From positions 3,858 through 67,857 of the forward strand of contig LWCA01000044.1 in NCBI GenBank assembly GCA_001642005.1: DNA of 64,000 nucleotides. Direction: 5' to 3'. Below the pieces are notes generated by a model. That model did not search any database, was not told where the DNA came from, and worked only from the letters and a program-made list of their open reading frames with translations. Below are positions 63,285 to 64,000 of this stretch, piece after piece (positions within the stretch are counted from its first letter, which is position 1; the number at the start of each line of letters is the position of its first letter). The DNA comes from Intoshia linei. Taxonomy: Eukaryota > Animalia > Orthonectida. Position numbers and translations under genes: made by a program.

Positions 63285-64000
63285 TAATTAAATATAATGA
63301 TTACTTGTAAGTTATAAGTAAAAAACTTATTTTTTTGGTTGAATTAAAAAAGTCGCCCTCAACAGAGCTAAGTGCTGTTTGTACAATGTACATAACAGTC
63401 AACCTAGTCCAATAATATAATTTTCTAATGATCAATTTGGATGAATGAGGCCACCATTCTACAAAAATTTCGTCGAGCCCCCTCTCCGAAGAGTAGTCTC
63501 AGGTACAGTAGGTTTCGATACTGACGAATAGGCTAATACATAGTCAGTGACTATATATTACATGGAATATAAATACAAACATATATTACATTTAAATCTT
63601 CCATATCATTTTCATTTTTCTCTTCCTATATTTAATAAAGTAAATAATATCCCAAAGTCGAAATTGGTAGAATTTGCAACTTGCAAGTTGCAACAGTTGT
63701 CAAATTTATTATTTATGTCAATACATAAATTTGACGTATCATTTTTTGTTATGTTATGATATTTTTTAAAAACTAGACAATGACGATTAACAATTAGAGT
63801 AAAGAGTATACGTCAATTTGTAAAGTTTTTTTGTAAATTGTCTCTATTGTAAACGATTTTGTTAAAATTATTTTATATAAATTAATTTTTTTAACCAAAC
63901 TTTTAAAGGGTCTTAAGCAAGGGGTGTCAATTATGCGGCCCGCGTCATAATATAAATTTTTATTTTTTATAACAATTTTTTACACATATTTCTTATTTTA

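Overview
Very AT-rich eukaryotic (animal) genomic DNA with compact genes and many 33-41 bp GT-AG micro-introns. The style resembles the orthonectid Intoshia linei, but that is inference and cannot be verified here. Recognisable genes: a PAR-family bZIP factor, a class I bHLH E-protein (daughterless/TCF4/12-like), a Shisa/WBP1-like membrane protein, Dopey (DOP1), asparagine synthetase, TMEM222, PIG-Q, Fused/STK36 kinase, DNAJC27 (RBJ), CDK5 and ZNF598. Introns and intergenic DNA are crowded with DNA-transposon debris: a full-length dead mariner, Tc1/pogo and hAT MITEs, non-autonomous Helitrons and foldback arrays. The most notable observation is a 192-bp TG...CA element with a 5-bp target-site duplication and an empty-site paralog in the same window. 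It looks like a solo LTR carrying a tRNA-type Pol III cassette (A box, B box, T5 terminator), and a second similar cassette lies near 3.2 kb. Also notable are an asparagine synthetase with non-metazoan motifs (possible horizontal transfer) and very tight gene packing. All exon structures were read by eye and are approximate.
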